A stretch of DNA of 64,000 nucleotides from Mobula hypostoma (taxonomy: Eukaryota), in contig NC_086097.1 in NCBI RefSeq assembly GCF_963921235.1, forward strand, positions 45,448,001-45,512,000, written 5' to 3'. The position numbers were made by a program, and so were the translations under genes. This document shows, in pieces, positions 1-11,894 of this stretch. The notes under the pieces are model-generated. The model saw only the letters and a list, made by a program, of their open reading frames with translations. It was not told where the DNA came from and ran no database searches. Position 1 is the first letter of the stretch; each line of letters begins with the position of its first letter.

Positions 1-1941
1 CAAAGTCGCAAAGAGTAGTGGGAAACTGGAGGATTGGGAAAACTTTAAAAAGCAACAGAGAACAACTAAACAAGAAGTAAGGAAAGGAAGATACAGTATG
101 AAAGTAAATTAGCACAAAATATAAAAACAGATAGCAAAAGTTTTTATAAATATATAAAGCAGAAGAGGGTGGCTAAAGTCGATGTTGGTCCCTTGGAAGA
201 CGAGAAGGGGAAATTGATATTGGGTGACAAGGAAATGGCTGAGGCATTGAACAACTATGGAGGACACATCTAATATGCCAAAGAAGGATGTTATGGATGA
301 AATGGGAGGTGAGGATCTCAATAAAATCACTGTCACTAAAGAGATAGTGATGAGCAAACTAGAGGGCCTGAAGATAGATAAGTCCCCTGGTCCTGATGGG
401 ATGCATCCCAGGGTGCTGAAGGAATTGGCGGAGGTTATACTAGACGTGTTGTTAATCATTTACCGAAATTCTCTAGACTCTGGGCAGGTCCCGGCGGATT
501 GGAAGACAGCAAATGTCACGCCACTTTTTAAAAAAGGATGTAGACAAAAGACAGGCAACTATAGGCCAGTTAGCTTAACATCTGTAGTCGGCAAAATGCT
601 TGAAGCTGTCATTAAGGAAGAAATAGCGAAACATTTAGAAAGGAGTGGTTCCATTAGACAGACACAGCATGGATTCAGAAAGGGCAGGTCCTGTTTGAGA
701 AACTTACTGGAGTTCTTTGAGGACATAATGAGTGCAGTGGATAGAGGGGAACAGGTGGATGTCATATACTTGGATTTCCAGAAGGCGTTCGATAAGGTGC
801 CGCACAAGAGACTTATAAATAAAATACAGATGCATGGAGTCAGACGAAGTGTATTGACATGGATGGTGAATTGGTTAACCAATAGAAGGCAGAGAGTTTG
901 TATAAATGGGTGTTTCTCCAGTTGGCAGTCAGTGGTGAGTGGGGTACCGCAGGGGTCGGTGCTGGGCTCGCAGCTGTTTACCATTTACATTGATGATTTG
1001 GAAGAGGGGACTGAGTGTAGCGTAGCAAAATTTGCTGATGACACTAAACTGAGTAGAAAAGCAAATTGTACAGAGGATGTGGAGAGTCTGCAAAGGGATA
1101 TAGATAGGTTAAGTAAGTGGGCCGAGGTCTAGCAGAAGGAATACAATGTTGGCAAATGTGAGATCATCCACTTTGGAAAGAGTAATAGAAGAGCAGATTA
1201 TTATTTAAATGGTGAAAGATTGCAGCATGCTGTTGTGCAGAGGGTTTTGGGAGTGCTTGTTCAGGAATCGCAAAAAGTTGGCTTGCAGGTACAGCAAGTT
1301 ATTAAGAAGACAAATGGAATGTTGGCCTTCATTGCTAGAGGGATTGAATTCAAGAACAGGGAGGTTATGCTGCAACTATACAGGGTACTGGTGAGGCTGC
1401 ACCTGGAGTACTGTGTGCAGTGCTGGTCTCCATACTTGAGGAAGGATATACTAGCTTTGGAGGCAGTGTAGAGGTTGATTCCGGTGATGAAGGGGTTAAC
1501 CTATGAGGACAGATTAAGTCGCCTGGGACTATACTCTCTGGAATTCAGAAGAGTGAGATGGGATCTTATAGAAACATACAAAATTTTGAAAGGGATAGAT
1601 AAAATAGAAGTAGGAAAGTAGTTTCCATTGGTAGGTGAGACTAGAACTAGGGGACATTGCCTCAAGATTCAGGGGAGAAGATTTAGGACGGAGATGAGGA
1701 GAAACTGTTTTTCCCAGAAAGTGGTGAATCTGTGGAATTCTCTGCCCAGGGAAGCAGTTGAGGCTTCTTCACTAAATATATTTAAGATACAGTTAGATAG
1801 GTTTTTACATAGTAAGGGAATTAAGGGTTATGGGGAAAAGGCAGGTAAATGGAGCTGAGTTTACGGACAGATCAGCCATGATCTTATTGAATGACGGGGC
1901 AGGCTCGATGGGCCACTCCTGCTCCTATTTCTTATGTTCTT
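1..1941 (+). mobile_element. CR1-clade LINE, ORF2 (RT) and 3' UTR, cut by window edge, disrupted
   Basis: ORF 257-1132 has KSPGPDG, NYRPVSLTS, QHGFRKGRSC, YLDFQKAFDKVPH, SGVPQGSVLG and KFADDTKL. Downstream ORFs 1220-1471 and 1628-1858 give the CR1 C-terminus (LEYCVQ, RTRGH, FSQKVVNLWNSLP). Premature stop at 1130. Tail ttcttatgttct. Confidence 0.95.
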
Positions 1942-2519
1942 CTCATGGCTGACTGGGACATAGGCTGCTGACTGCTGCTCACTAGATTCTTCAGTCTATC
2001 AAATTGTCCCCAGGTAAAGGCTATCTTACGTCTTCAAGGTGAAGGTTTTTCCTCTCCCAGGGATGAGGTCTTTGGAGGTTCTTTTGGAGTTTCTGTCGTT
2101 CTGCATTTTTATGGGATGGGGTTGCCAGTCCTATGTCCAACCTTCCTCTTTTTGTAGCTCGGCTTGGAATCATCCATGGTGGAGCTCAAAAGATTCATAG
2201 ACTGATAGTAAAATGTTCGGATATGTCTCAAGTGGAGAGAGGGAGACAGAGAAACGTTGCTGTACTTTTGGTCGTCATGACAGACTAGAATGAAATGAAG
2301 GGAGTTAAGTACCACCATAATGGTACACTAGTTAGCTGGAACGTGCATACTCGCGAGCACGATTACCGAACCTGTTGTGCAGCCCTCGTGCATGGGTGTA
2401 CAGACCCTGCAGCAGAGGCTGTGGCTGTGACAGGGCTCCCCTCTCTAGGTGCAGATCCCGAGGCACCACAGACCTGAGCACTCCGGAATACCTGGATGTC
2501 ATGAGCCAGGATGTTCCTC

Positions 2520-2760
2520 AGGACCCCACCTCCCCACTTGGTGGATGGTTCGCTGGTCTATACTGTACGGCATCTCCTGGGCAACTTGCCGGGTGCGGGG
2601 CAAGGTCCAGTTCTTCATGGATTGGGAGGGGCATGGTCCTGGGGAACATTTTTTGGTCCCAGCCAATGACATCCTGAGCAAATCACTCATTGGGAATTTT
2701 CAGCGGGCTCTGGTCTGAGGCACCTCGGGAGCTGTACCTAGGGACGGGGGCCCTGTCACA
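2520..2760 (+). mobile_element. Ty3/Gypsy (chromovirus, Sushi-like) integrase chromodomain fragment followed by PPT-like tract and TGTCA
   Basis: Frameshifted translation PPHLVDGSLVYTVRHLL / RVRGKVQFFMDWEGHGPGEHFLVPANDILSKSLIGNF resembles the chromoviral chromodomain. It is followed by G-rich gggacgggggccc and tgtcaca at about 2753. Confidence 0.7.
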
Positions 2761-3009
2761 ACCACAGACTTTGCTGCAGGGTCTACATGCCCACTTGTGG
2801 GGGGGGGGGTTGCACAGTCACCTTTAGCTCAGTGGATACTTTGTAGCACCAAATTCGAACCTGTTGTGCAGCCCGACAGCAGTTGTTGGCAGAATTTCAG
2901 CCGATGATGAGAAGGCGTACAGCAGTTGTTGAGCGGTGTCGCAGCAATGCTCTTGCACTCAGCATCAGTACTCAGATACCTGGGCCCAGACCCAGCAGTT
3001 GGGCAGCCC

Positions 3010-4135
3010 TCACCTCTGCCTCTCTTCCCTAATTACTGGAACAGCAATACACAAGCAAGGAAGGATGGGCTCTGGATGGGCATTGTCCTCTGACATGTCA
3101 AGCATCAGCCTTGATATCCTTGCTGTTGGGACGGTAGTAAGGATGAAATTAAACTGGGCGAAGAAGAAAGCCCAGTGGGCTTGATGGGAGTTGAGTCTCC
3201 TGGCATCCAGAATGTAGGGGAGGTTCTTGTCCAAACCAAAAAGGGATGCCCTGCCCCCTACAGCCAATGTCTCCATTCATCCAGGGTCTTCTTGACAGCC
3301 AGAAGTTCTCAGTTCCCAACATTGTAGTTACTCTCAGCCGGAGTCAAGTGATGGGAGAGAAATGACCGATAGTGCAGCTGGCTATATGCAGAAGAACACT
3401 GAAAGAGTACAGCCATTGGATGCATCCACCTTGACAATGAATGTCTGGGATAGGTCTTGTGGAGAAGTGTCGCATTAGTACCCAGAATGCTTGTTCTGGT
3501 GTGTTTGACTAATGGAACCTGCAAAGTTCTTTCTGGTGAATGCATTTATGAGTTTCGTGATAGATCTGAAATTTTGGAAACCCTAAGAAGCACCATACCT
3601 GTTTGATCATAGATGGCTTTGGCACTTGAACTTTACTCGGGTTCATTTGAACACTGGAAGGGTTAAGCATATAGCCCAAAAATGACACCTGGTCTTTATG
3701 GAACTCTCATTTCTCTGGCTCACTGTACAGATTATTCTTGAGGTGCTATCTGAGAACCCTCTGGACATGTTCCTGGTGAGAGCAGGAATAAATCCAAATG
3801 TCATCCAAATACACAAAAAACGAACTGATTCAACAGCTCTCTGAGCATATCGTTGACTAGGGCCAGACCAAAGTGCATCACAAGGTACTGATAGTGACCA
3901 GTGAAGGACCTCCACTTGTCCCATTCTCTGATATGAACAAGATTATAAGAAATGCATAGATTTATCTTGGAAAATATGATTGCTTCCTGGAAATGTTCAA
4001 ACACAGGTGCCAGCAGGGAAAGAAGGTAGAGGTTCTTCACAGAGATATTGTTTAAGGAACGATAATCAATGCAGGGAAAGAACTTACCATTCCTCTTGCT
4101 CACAAAAAAGAAGGCCACCTCTACTGGAAAGGTCT
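3010..4135 (-). mobile_element. Ty3/Gypsy pol remnant (RT-RNase H), degenerate
   Basis: ORF 3801-4118: FFFVSKRNGKFFPCIDYRSLNNI...FSKINL..YNLVHIRE...GHYQYLVMHFGL. ORF 3309-3545 ends TPAESNYNVGN. ORF 3010-3276: ARRLNSHQAHWAFFFAQFNF. Confidence 0.9.
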
Positions 4136-4562
4136 TATGAAGGATTCACTTCCAGATGTAAGGCAGGCCTGGATAAGCAACTAGGCCTCAGGCTTTAGAT
4201 TCTGAGACTCTTGGTATCAGCTTCTGAACTGTGTATATTCATCAATGATAAATTTAATTTAATAACAGCCAAGGGAAATTAAATGCTTTTTAAAGATATA
4301 TAAATAAATGGTGATATGAATTGTTGGACATGGTGCATTGTGATTGTTGAACCTGTTGCACAGCCAGCCTGCGCAGACACATAGACCCTGCTGCAGAGTC
4401 CATGGTTGTTACAAATACGGCATAGAAACAGACCCTTTGACCCATCTGCTCCATGCCACCACAGCATCCTTCGTGCTAGTCGCAGTTGCCCATGTTTAGC
4501 CCATAACTTTCCAAATGCAGCTTATTCCAGGTAGTTGCTACCCTCTGTTGCTGCTCAGTCCT

Positions 4563-5372
4563 TTATAATGCTGAAAAATGTGAGGTGCTACATTTCGGTA
4601 GGACTAATCAAAATAGGACATACGTGGTAAATGGTAGGGCATTAAAGAATGCTGTAGAACAGAGAGATCTAGGAATAATAGTGCATAGTTCCCTGAAGGT
4701 GGAATCTCATGTGGATAGAGTGGTGAAGAAAGCTTTTGGTATACTGGCCTTTATAAATCAGAGCATTGAGTATAGGAGTTGGAATGTAATGTTGAAATTG
4801 TATAAGGCATTGGTAAGGCCAAATTTGGAGTATTGTGTACAGTTCTGGTCACCGAATTATAGGAAAGATGTCAATAAAATTGAGAGAGTACAGAGAAGGT
4901 TTACTAAAGTGTTGCCTGGGTTTCATCTCCTAAGTTACAGAGAAAGACTGAACAAGTTAGGTCTTTATTCTCTGGAGCGTAGAAGGTTGAGGGGTGACTT
5001 AATAGAGGTGTTTAAAATTATGAGGGGGATTGATAGAATTGACGTGGATAGGCTTTTTCCATTGAGAGTGGGGAAGATTCAAGCAAGAGGACATGAGTTG
5101 AGAGTTAAAGGACAAAAGTTTAGGGGTAACATGAGGGGGAACTTCTTTACTCAGAGAGTGGTAGCTGTGTGGAATGAGCTTCCAGCAGAAGTGGTTGAGG
5201 CAGATTCGATGTTGTCGTTTAAAGTTAGATTGGATAGATATATGGACAGGAAAGGAATGGAGGGTTATGGGTTGAGTGCAGGTCAGTGGGACTAAGAGAG
5301 AGTAAGAGTTCGGCACGGACTAGAAGGGCCGAGATGGCCTGTTTCCATGCTGTAATTGTTATACGGTTATAA
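4563..5372 (+). mobile_element. CR1 LINE 3' fragment (ORF2 C-terminus and 3' UTR)
   Basis: Open 236-aa ORF 4585-5295: LHFGRTN, RDLG, LYKALVRPNLEYCVQFWSP, ERVQRRFT, RGDLIE, RGNFFTQRVV..WNELP. Confidence 0.95.
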
Positions 5373-5725
5373 ATCTCTCCCCTCTTATATTGTATCTGTG
5401 CCCTCTAGTTTTGAATTCAACAATCCTGGGCAAAGGTCTATGACCATCCATATTATCCACACCCCTCATGTAGGCCCTTTGTACCCTGGGTAGCCCAATT
5501 GATACTGGGAAAATAGAAATCTCCCTGTAGCACTACCCTGCTATTCTCACAGCCATGCTGATTATTGGTGATTGTTCTACGATACAGCTCCACCAAAGTG
5601 ACCATACCTTTCTTATTTCTTGGTTCTGCAAAAATGGATTTGTTAGATGATAATATCTTCTCTAAGCTCTGATATAATGTCCTGCCTTATCAAAAAGCCT
5701 CTTCTCACTACTACCTTAAACTCAC

Positions 5726-6111
5726 TACAGGACATACCCTCTTCTCTCTGCTACACAGGAGCCTTAGGTCCCACACTACCAGGCTGAGTTATTACTCTAC
5801 AACCATCAGGTTCCTGAACTGGCAAGAATAACTTTATTCACTTTTCATCTGGACTGATTCGATGATCTACAGACTCACCCTCAAGGACTCTTTACAGCTC
5901 ATGTTTTCAGTATTCTTTTTATTTGCACAGTTTGTCTTCTTTTGCACTTTAGTGCTTGTCAGACTTGGTCTGTTTGTATACTTCTTTTTGTAAAATTCTA
6001 TTATATTGTTTTTTTTGCTGTAAATGCCTGCAAGAGAATTAAACTCAAGGTGGTATATAGTAATATATGCCTACTTTGATAATAAATTCACTTTGAACTC
6101 TGAACTTTGAA
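5726..6111 (+). mobile_element. Rex1/Babar-type LINE 3' end
   Basis: Shares caggagcct.aggtcccacac.accagg...ctcaaggactct and the gataataaa...tttgaactctgaactttga tail with the RT-bearing copies elsewhere in the window. Confidence 0.6.
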
Positions 6112-7984
6112 AAGGCAACACCTCATGCACTCTTGCCTGTTCCTCCCTCACGCCTACAGCATGGGTATCCCCAAACATTGAGATGCTGTGCTGTTCTCTC
6201 CTTTGCCACTTTCATGTTATGGCCCCAATATCACAGTCCATAGAGGCGATCCATGCCATCAGTTCATTCACCTTATCTGGTGAGCCACATGCATTAAAGC
6301 AGATGCAATTTAAAGTAGTGGTCCTATCTGCTCTTTTTAATGTAAACATGGTTATCCTGATTATCAGGATAACACCCTTTGGTTGCTGCAAGTACTTTTA
6401 TCTTCTCATTGACTTCACCCTTCTGAGTCCCACCTCCCTATCAACCAAGTTTAAACCCTCCCTGTTGGCAAAAACGAAGTTCTCCACCAGGATATTGGAT
6501 CCCTCTGTTTCAAGTGCAACCCATCCCTCTTGTACAGGTTGCCTGTACCACAGAAGAGAACCTGAAACCCTGTCCCCTGCACCAGCTCCTCAGCCACACA
6601 TTCGTCTGGCCTATCTTTCTATTCCTGGACTCACCAGCACAGCACTGGGAGTAATCTGCATTTTACTACCCATGAACTACAGCATTTTAATTTCAATGAG
6701 GGAGCTGTTTCCTGCATCAGCTAAGACTAAACAATGTAACGGAACATTTCTAGTTTCGGAAGAGGAATCAGGCTGAATTTTCTCTGCTGGTCGTAGTTCC
6801 AAATGGAAAAGGCAGTCATGGAAATGATTCAGTAGCATGCAGTACCCGAGTTAAGTAAAAGAAATCCTACCATTTAAAAGTACGTTTTGATGATTTGTAT
6901 TCTGTTTAAAAATTCATGGGGCTAGATTGTGGTCCTTGCACTTGAACCACACAGCCACTCTTCACCTACCCCTTCCCTCCTCACCTCCACCCAGCAATAC
7001 TTATATTTTGAGGTCCTATTAAGGATTCACTTCCAGATGTAAGGCAGGCCAGGATAAGCAACTAGGCTTCAGGCTTCACATTCTCAGACTCTTGGTATAG
7101 GCTTCTCAATTGCGTATATTCATCAATGATAAATTTAAAAACAGCCAGGAGGAATTAAATGCTTTTTAAAAATATATAAATAAACGCTGATATGAATTGT
7201 TTACTATGGTTAAGTAAAACACAGAAAAAACATTACTTCCCCCCAATTCCTCATGTTACTTTCATATCTTACTCACTTACTTCCTCCTGGACTGTTTCTC
7301 AACCTGAAACATCTGCTGTCCATTTCCCTCCATGATACTACATGCTCCACTGTGTTCCACCAGCATTCAGTATTCCAGCATCTGCAGTCACTTGTCTCTG
7401 TTTTCTTAGTATATTTTTCTTTATCTTTAGGTTTTTAACACATGTGTAGTATTTTAAGGTAAGTCTGATTATTTATTAAATAATTATATATTATTATATA
7501 TATTAATCTATTGAAATGTTTTTACAGAGGTTTACTAACAAGTTGAGTGCTTTTGACAACTGTAAGTTACCAGGTCTCCAAGTCAGTTGCTCCCCTTGAG
7601 CAACTAAACAACTTGACCAACATCTTTACTTCGAACTCAAGATGTGAACAGCACCGATTTTATCATTTTATTTTATAAATATAATTTTATTTCTATGTGG
7701 ACCTCAGGTAGAGGAAAATATAATAAGGGGCAAAATGAGATTGAGCATCCACATGAAATACAGTTGTACACAACTGGATAATTCAAAGAGGACCCTTATT
7801 TTAAAGAATTAGAACTGGCAACCAATAAATTGAAACTATAAAATGCCTCTAGCACTATGGCCACAGGTCAACAGAGTACACTAATCCATAATCAACATTT
7901 TGTTTAACCGAAAAGAAATACCCCAAACATTAATTATAATAACTTATCCTAATTGTAAGCAAATCTACAACTACAATGTTATTT

Positions 7985-8126
7985 TTTTTGCCAGTCCTGG
8001 TGAAGGATCTTGGCCCGAAACGTCGACAATTTACTCTTTCCCATTGATGCTGCCTGGCCTGCTGAGTTCCTCCTGCATTTTGTGTGTGTTGCTTGGATTT
8101 CCAGCATCTGCAGATTTTTTCTTGTT
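7985..8126 (+). mobile_element. Short Penelope 3'-terminal module (hammerhead-like motif plus tail) with 13-bp TSD
   Basis: cagtcctggtgaaggatcttggcccgaaacgtcgac followed by gatgctgcctggcctgctgagttcc...ccagcatctgcag. Flanked by tacaatgttattt (7972-7984) and tacaatattattt (8127-8139). Confidence 0.8.
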
Positions 8127-9684
8127 TACAATATTATTTATAATCTTACTGCAAAGATCTTTCACAAGCATATTTTTAGGATGGATTACATGATTGCCTC
8201 AAAAGATGTATCAAAAGTAAATTAAGTACATGCAGTTTCATATTTTGGTGTCCAAACATGCAAATGATTTTTCCCAATGGCGAATTTGTTTTATTGAAAC
8301 TTAAGTCATTCAGTAAAGGGGACATCTCTCTGCAGATATATGGAATCCTGAACAAATAAAATCCAATTTTTTTCAACTTCTTCATGATCTTTACAAGATT
8401 TTTACCTTTATTGTTTTAGTTTTGCTTAATTTTCCTTTGAGTTCCATTTTGCAGTAACTATCCAGAGCTTTGCAAAGTGGCATTTTTTCAACAAATCATA
8501 ACTGATGTAGTCCACCTACAGTAGACAAGTACCATTCTCTGTTCTGTTATGATCAAGCTCTCCAAATAGATAATAAATGGGAGTGATTAATTGCTATAGA
8601 TGTTATTGTGAATTGGTACACCAATCTGTTTGGACAGTTTTAAATGCAAGAGCTTGTGTTGTTTCCTTTTATGAATCTAGAAAAGAAAAAAACAATTTAA
8701 ACACTCTTGAAATAATTGAAATACATCTGTAACCTCAATATTCAATGCCATTTAGTATACTTTTCTGAAATTTTCCTGTAAATATCAAATTCACCTCCAG
8801 TTTTCCTTCTGACGATTTATACATGTGAATGTTTCCTTAAAGGAAAAATGTTCCTTCTCCTCCTCTAAATTTGATTAGGAAGGATTTTAGATTGCTTCAA
8901 CTTTCAGAATTGCCCCTGCAGTTTCTTTCCAATGCTTACATGTTGATGTGTTGACATGACTATGTTTCATGAGTAAACCCATATTATGTATGCAATACCA
9001 AATCCAAATCCAAGTTCAGCTAGCATCTATACACAGACTTCTGGAACAAATAAGTACAGGGATGCTGAGCAACAGTTCTGTCTGGTCAACTGTAGCAGAG
9101 CTACTAGTAACTGGAACTGACAACTCAGAACTGAAAATAGACCAAAACAGGAGCCAGTATATACCCACAAGGCACATTACCATCAGAGTAGCAGATTGTC
9201 CAAAGGGTGTACTCTGACTTAATTTCAAAAGCAATCAGGACAGGAAAATGTGGAAACAAGATTATTGTTCTGCCCTAAACATTTTTTCTTATTCTACCAG
9301 CTGTGCCAACTATAAACCATTCCTTAATCTCAAACAGGCAATTAAATTAACTCTAAATTTTTTGCTAATGATTGTAGCATATGCTTCTTTCATAATATAA
9401 CTTCAAAATTCTTACCCAATTTTTAGTTTAAAAATGAAGGAAATTCTGGAAAACTGTTCGAGCAACAGAGGTATGAATAATTGAAATAACATTTAGATAA
9501 TCTTCTGTTATTATGAAATTTGGCTTCTTTTAAGATATGTTCTTCATACCATCTTTATCCTTGGCATATGTGCCCTCAAGCTACTACCACTTCATGTAGA
9601 CAGTGGAATCAATATCTCTGATCATATTAGTGCTGCTTCTGGAAGGCACCACATCCTGTCCTGAAGAAAAATTATTAGAAGTTA

Positions 9685-11836
9685 ACACAAAATAATCTGC
9701 AGATACTGGGATCAAAGCAACACTCACAGCACGCTGGAGGAACTCAGCAGGTCGGGCAGCATCAGTGGAAACGATGAGTCGACATTTCGGGCCGGAACCC
9801 TTTGTCAGGACTGAACAAAGAAGGAGGGGGAAGGATTTGAAGAATGCTTGTAGGTTCAGTTGAAAGGCCAGTAATTTGAAAGACAAAGGAGTGGGGGAGG
9901 GGAAGCAGGGACGTCATAAGCAGGAAAACAATGGGTAGTAGAAGAAGGAGGCGGAACCATGATGGAGCTGGGGGAGGGGGCAGAGTGAAATAGGGATAGA
10001 GGAAGGGAGGGGGAGGGAATTACGGGAAGTTGGAGGATTCTATGTCCATACCAAGGGGCTGGAGACTACCTAGACAGTATATGAGGTGTTGCTCCTCCAA
10101 CCTGAGTTTAACCTCATTATGGCAGTAGAGGAGGCCATGTATGGACATATCTGAATGGGAATGGGAAGCGGAGTTGAAGTGGGTGGCTACTGGGAGATCC
10201 TGTCTGTTGTGGCGGACGGAGTGGAGGTGCTCGACGAAGTGGTCCCCCAATCTGCGTCAGGTTTCACCGATGTAGAGGAGGCTGCACCAGGAGCACAGGA
10301 TGCAATAGATGACCCCAACAGACTCACAAGTGAAGTGTTGCCTGGGGCCCCGAATGGTGGCAAGAAAGGAGGTGTAGGGACAGGTGTAGCACTTACGCTT
10401 ACAGGGTTAAGTGCCGGGTGGGAAATCCGTGGGGATGGACGGGCGGATAAGGGAGTCGCGGGGGGACCGATCCCTGCGGAAAGCGGAGAGGGGTGGAGAG
10501 GGAAAGATGTGTTTAGTGGTGGGGTCCTGTTGAAGGTGGCGGAAGTTGCGGAGGATAATGTGCTGGATCCGGAGGTTGGTGGCGTGGTAGGTAAGGACAA
10601 GGGGAACTCTGTCTCTGTTGTGGTTGCGGGAGGATGGGGTGAGGGCTGAAGTGCGGGAAATGGAGGAGATGCGGGTGAGGGCATCATTGATAATGGTAGA
10701 AGGGAAATCCATGATCCTTAAAGAAAGAGGACATTTGAGATGTCCTGGAATGGAAAGCATCCTTGGAGCAGATACGGCGGAGACAGAGGAACTGGGAATA
10801 GGGAATGGCAGTTTTGCATGTGGCAGGGTGGGAAGAGGTATAGTCGAGGTAGTTATGAGAGTCAGTGGGCTTGTAGAAGATGTCAGTGGACAGTCTGTCT
10901 CCAGAGATGGAGACCGAGATATCGAGAAAGGGGAGAGAAGTAGCTGAGATAGACCAAGTGAATTTGAGGGCTGGGTGGAAGTTTGAAGTAAAGTCAATGA
11001 AATTGATGAGCTCAGCATGGGTGCAGGAAGCAGCACCAATGTAGTTGTCAATGTACTGAAGGAAAAGTTGGGGAGCAGTACCAGAATAGGTTTGGAGCAC
11101 AAACTGTTCTACATAAACAACGAAGAGGCAGGCGTAGCTGGGTCCCATGCGAGTTCCCATAGTTACACCCTTAGTCTGAAGAAAGTGGGAAGAGCCAAAA
11201 GAGAGTTATTAAGTGTGAGAACCAGTTCCGCCAACCGGAGGAGGGCAGGGGTGGTGGGTAACTGGTGAGGTCTATTATCCAGGAAGTAGCGGAAGGCTTT
11301 GAGGCATTCTTGATGGGGAATGGAGGTGTATAAGGATTGGACATCCACAGTAAAAGTGAAGCAGTTGGGACCGAGGAACTGGAAGTTATTGAAGAGGTGG
11401 AGGGCATGGGATGTATCCCGGATGTAGGTGGGGAGGGACTGAACTATGGGTGACAAAATGAAGTCCAGGTAGGCAGGTACAAGTTCGGTGGGACAGGAGC
11501 AGGCAGAAAATTCTCCAACTTCCGGTAATTCCCTCCCCCTCCCTTCCTCTATCCCTATTTCACTCTGCCCCCTCCCCCAGCTGCCTATCACCTCCCTCAT
11601 GGTTCCGCCTCCTTCTTCTACTACCCATTGTTTTCCTGCCTATGATTTCCCTGCTTCCCCTCCCCCAACCCTTTGTCTTTCAAATTACTGGTATTTCAAC
11701 TGAACCTACAAGCATTCTTCAAATCCTTCCCCCTCCTTCTTTGTTCAGTCCTGACGAAGGGTTCCCACCCGAAACGTCGACTCATCGTTTCCACTGACGC
11801 TGCCTAACCTGCTGAGTTCCTCCAGCCTGCTGTGAG
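9685..11836 (-). mobile_element. Penelope-like retroelement (RT + GIY-YIG), 5'-truncated, with inverted pseudo-LTR and 15-bp TSD
   Basis: Minus-strand ORF pieces: MGTRMGPSYACLF, LQYIDNYIG, LPFLDI, FYKPTDSHNYL, IPYSQFL and the GIY-YIG C-terminus VATHFNSASH...RLEEQHLIYCLGSLQPLGMDIE. 9722-10040 is the reverse complement of 11508-11836. TSD aattattagaagtta (9670-9684) / aattatcagaagtta (11837-11851). Confidence 0.93.
11746..11783 (+). ncRNA. Minimal type-I hammerhead ribozyme motif in Penelope pseudo-LTR
   Basis: agtc-CTGACGA-a-ggg(ttccca)ccc-GAAAC-GTC-gact: stem I agtc/gact, conserved core, short stem II, GUC cleavage triplet. Minimal hammerheads are established features of Penelope-like elements. 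Confidence 0.8.
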
Positions 11837-11894
11837 AATTATCAGAAGTTATCGGTCTGGATAAGTTAAACTCCCAGTGTTGACTCATGCCCCA

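Noticed and set aside
6183..6776. 197-aa plus-strand ORF
   Set aside because: No recognisable domain. It overlaps what look like reverse-strand LINE remnants and has no supporting splice structure.
8835..8875. Minus-strand GEGTF, resembling the kinase Gly-loop of MOK (which I recall as the upstream neighbour of human ZNF839)
   Set aside because: The context is FRGGEGTFFL followed by a stop. There are no splice sites and no other kinase motifs (HRD, DFG) in the window, so it is a chance match.
9016..9234. Hydrophobic 72-aa minus-strand ORF
   Set aside because: Starts at a non-ATG codon, has no homology I can recognise and no clear exon boundaries.
10155..11268. Several plus-strand ORFs of 80-165 aa
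   Set aside because: Antisense shadows of the minus-strand Penelope ORF.
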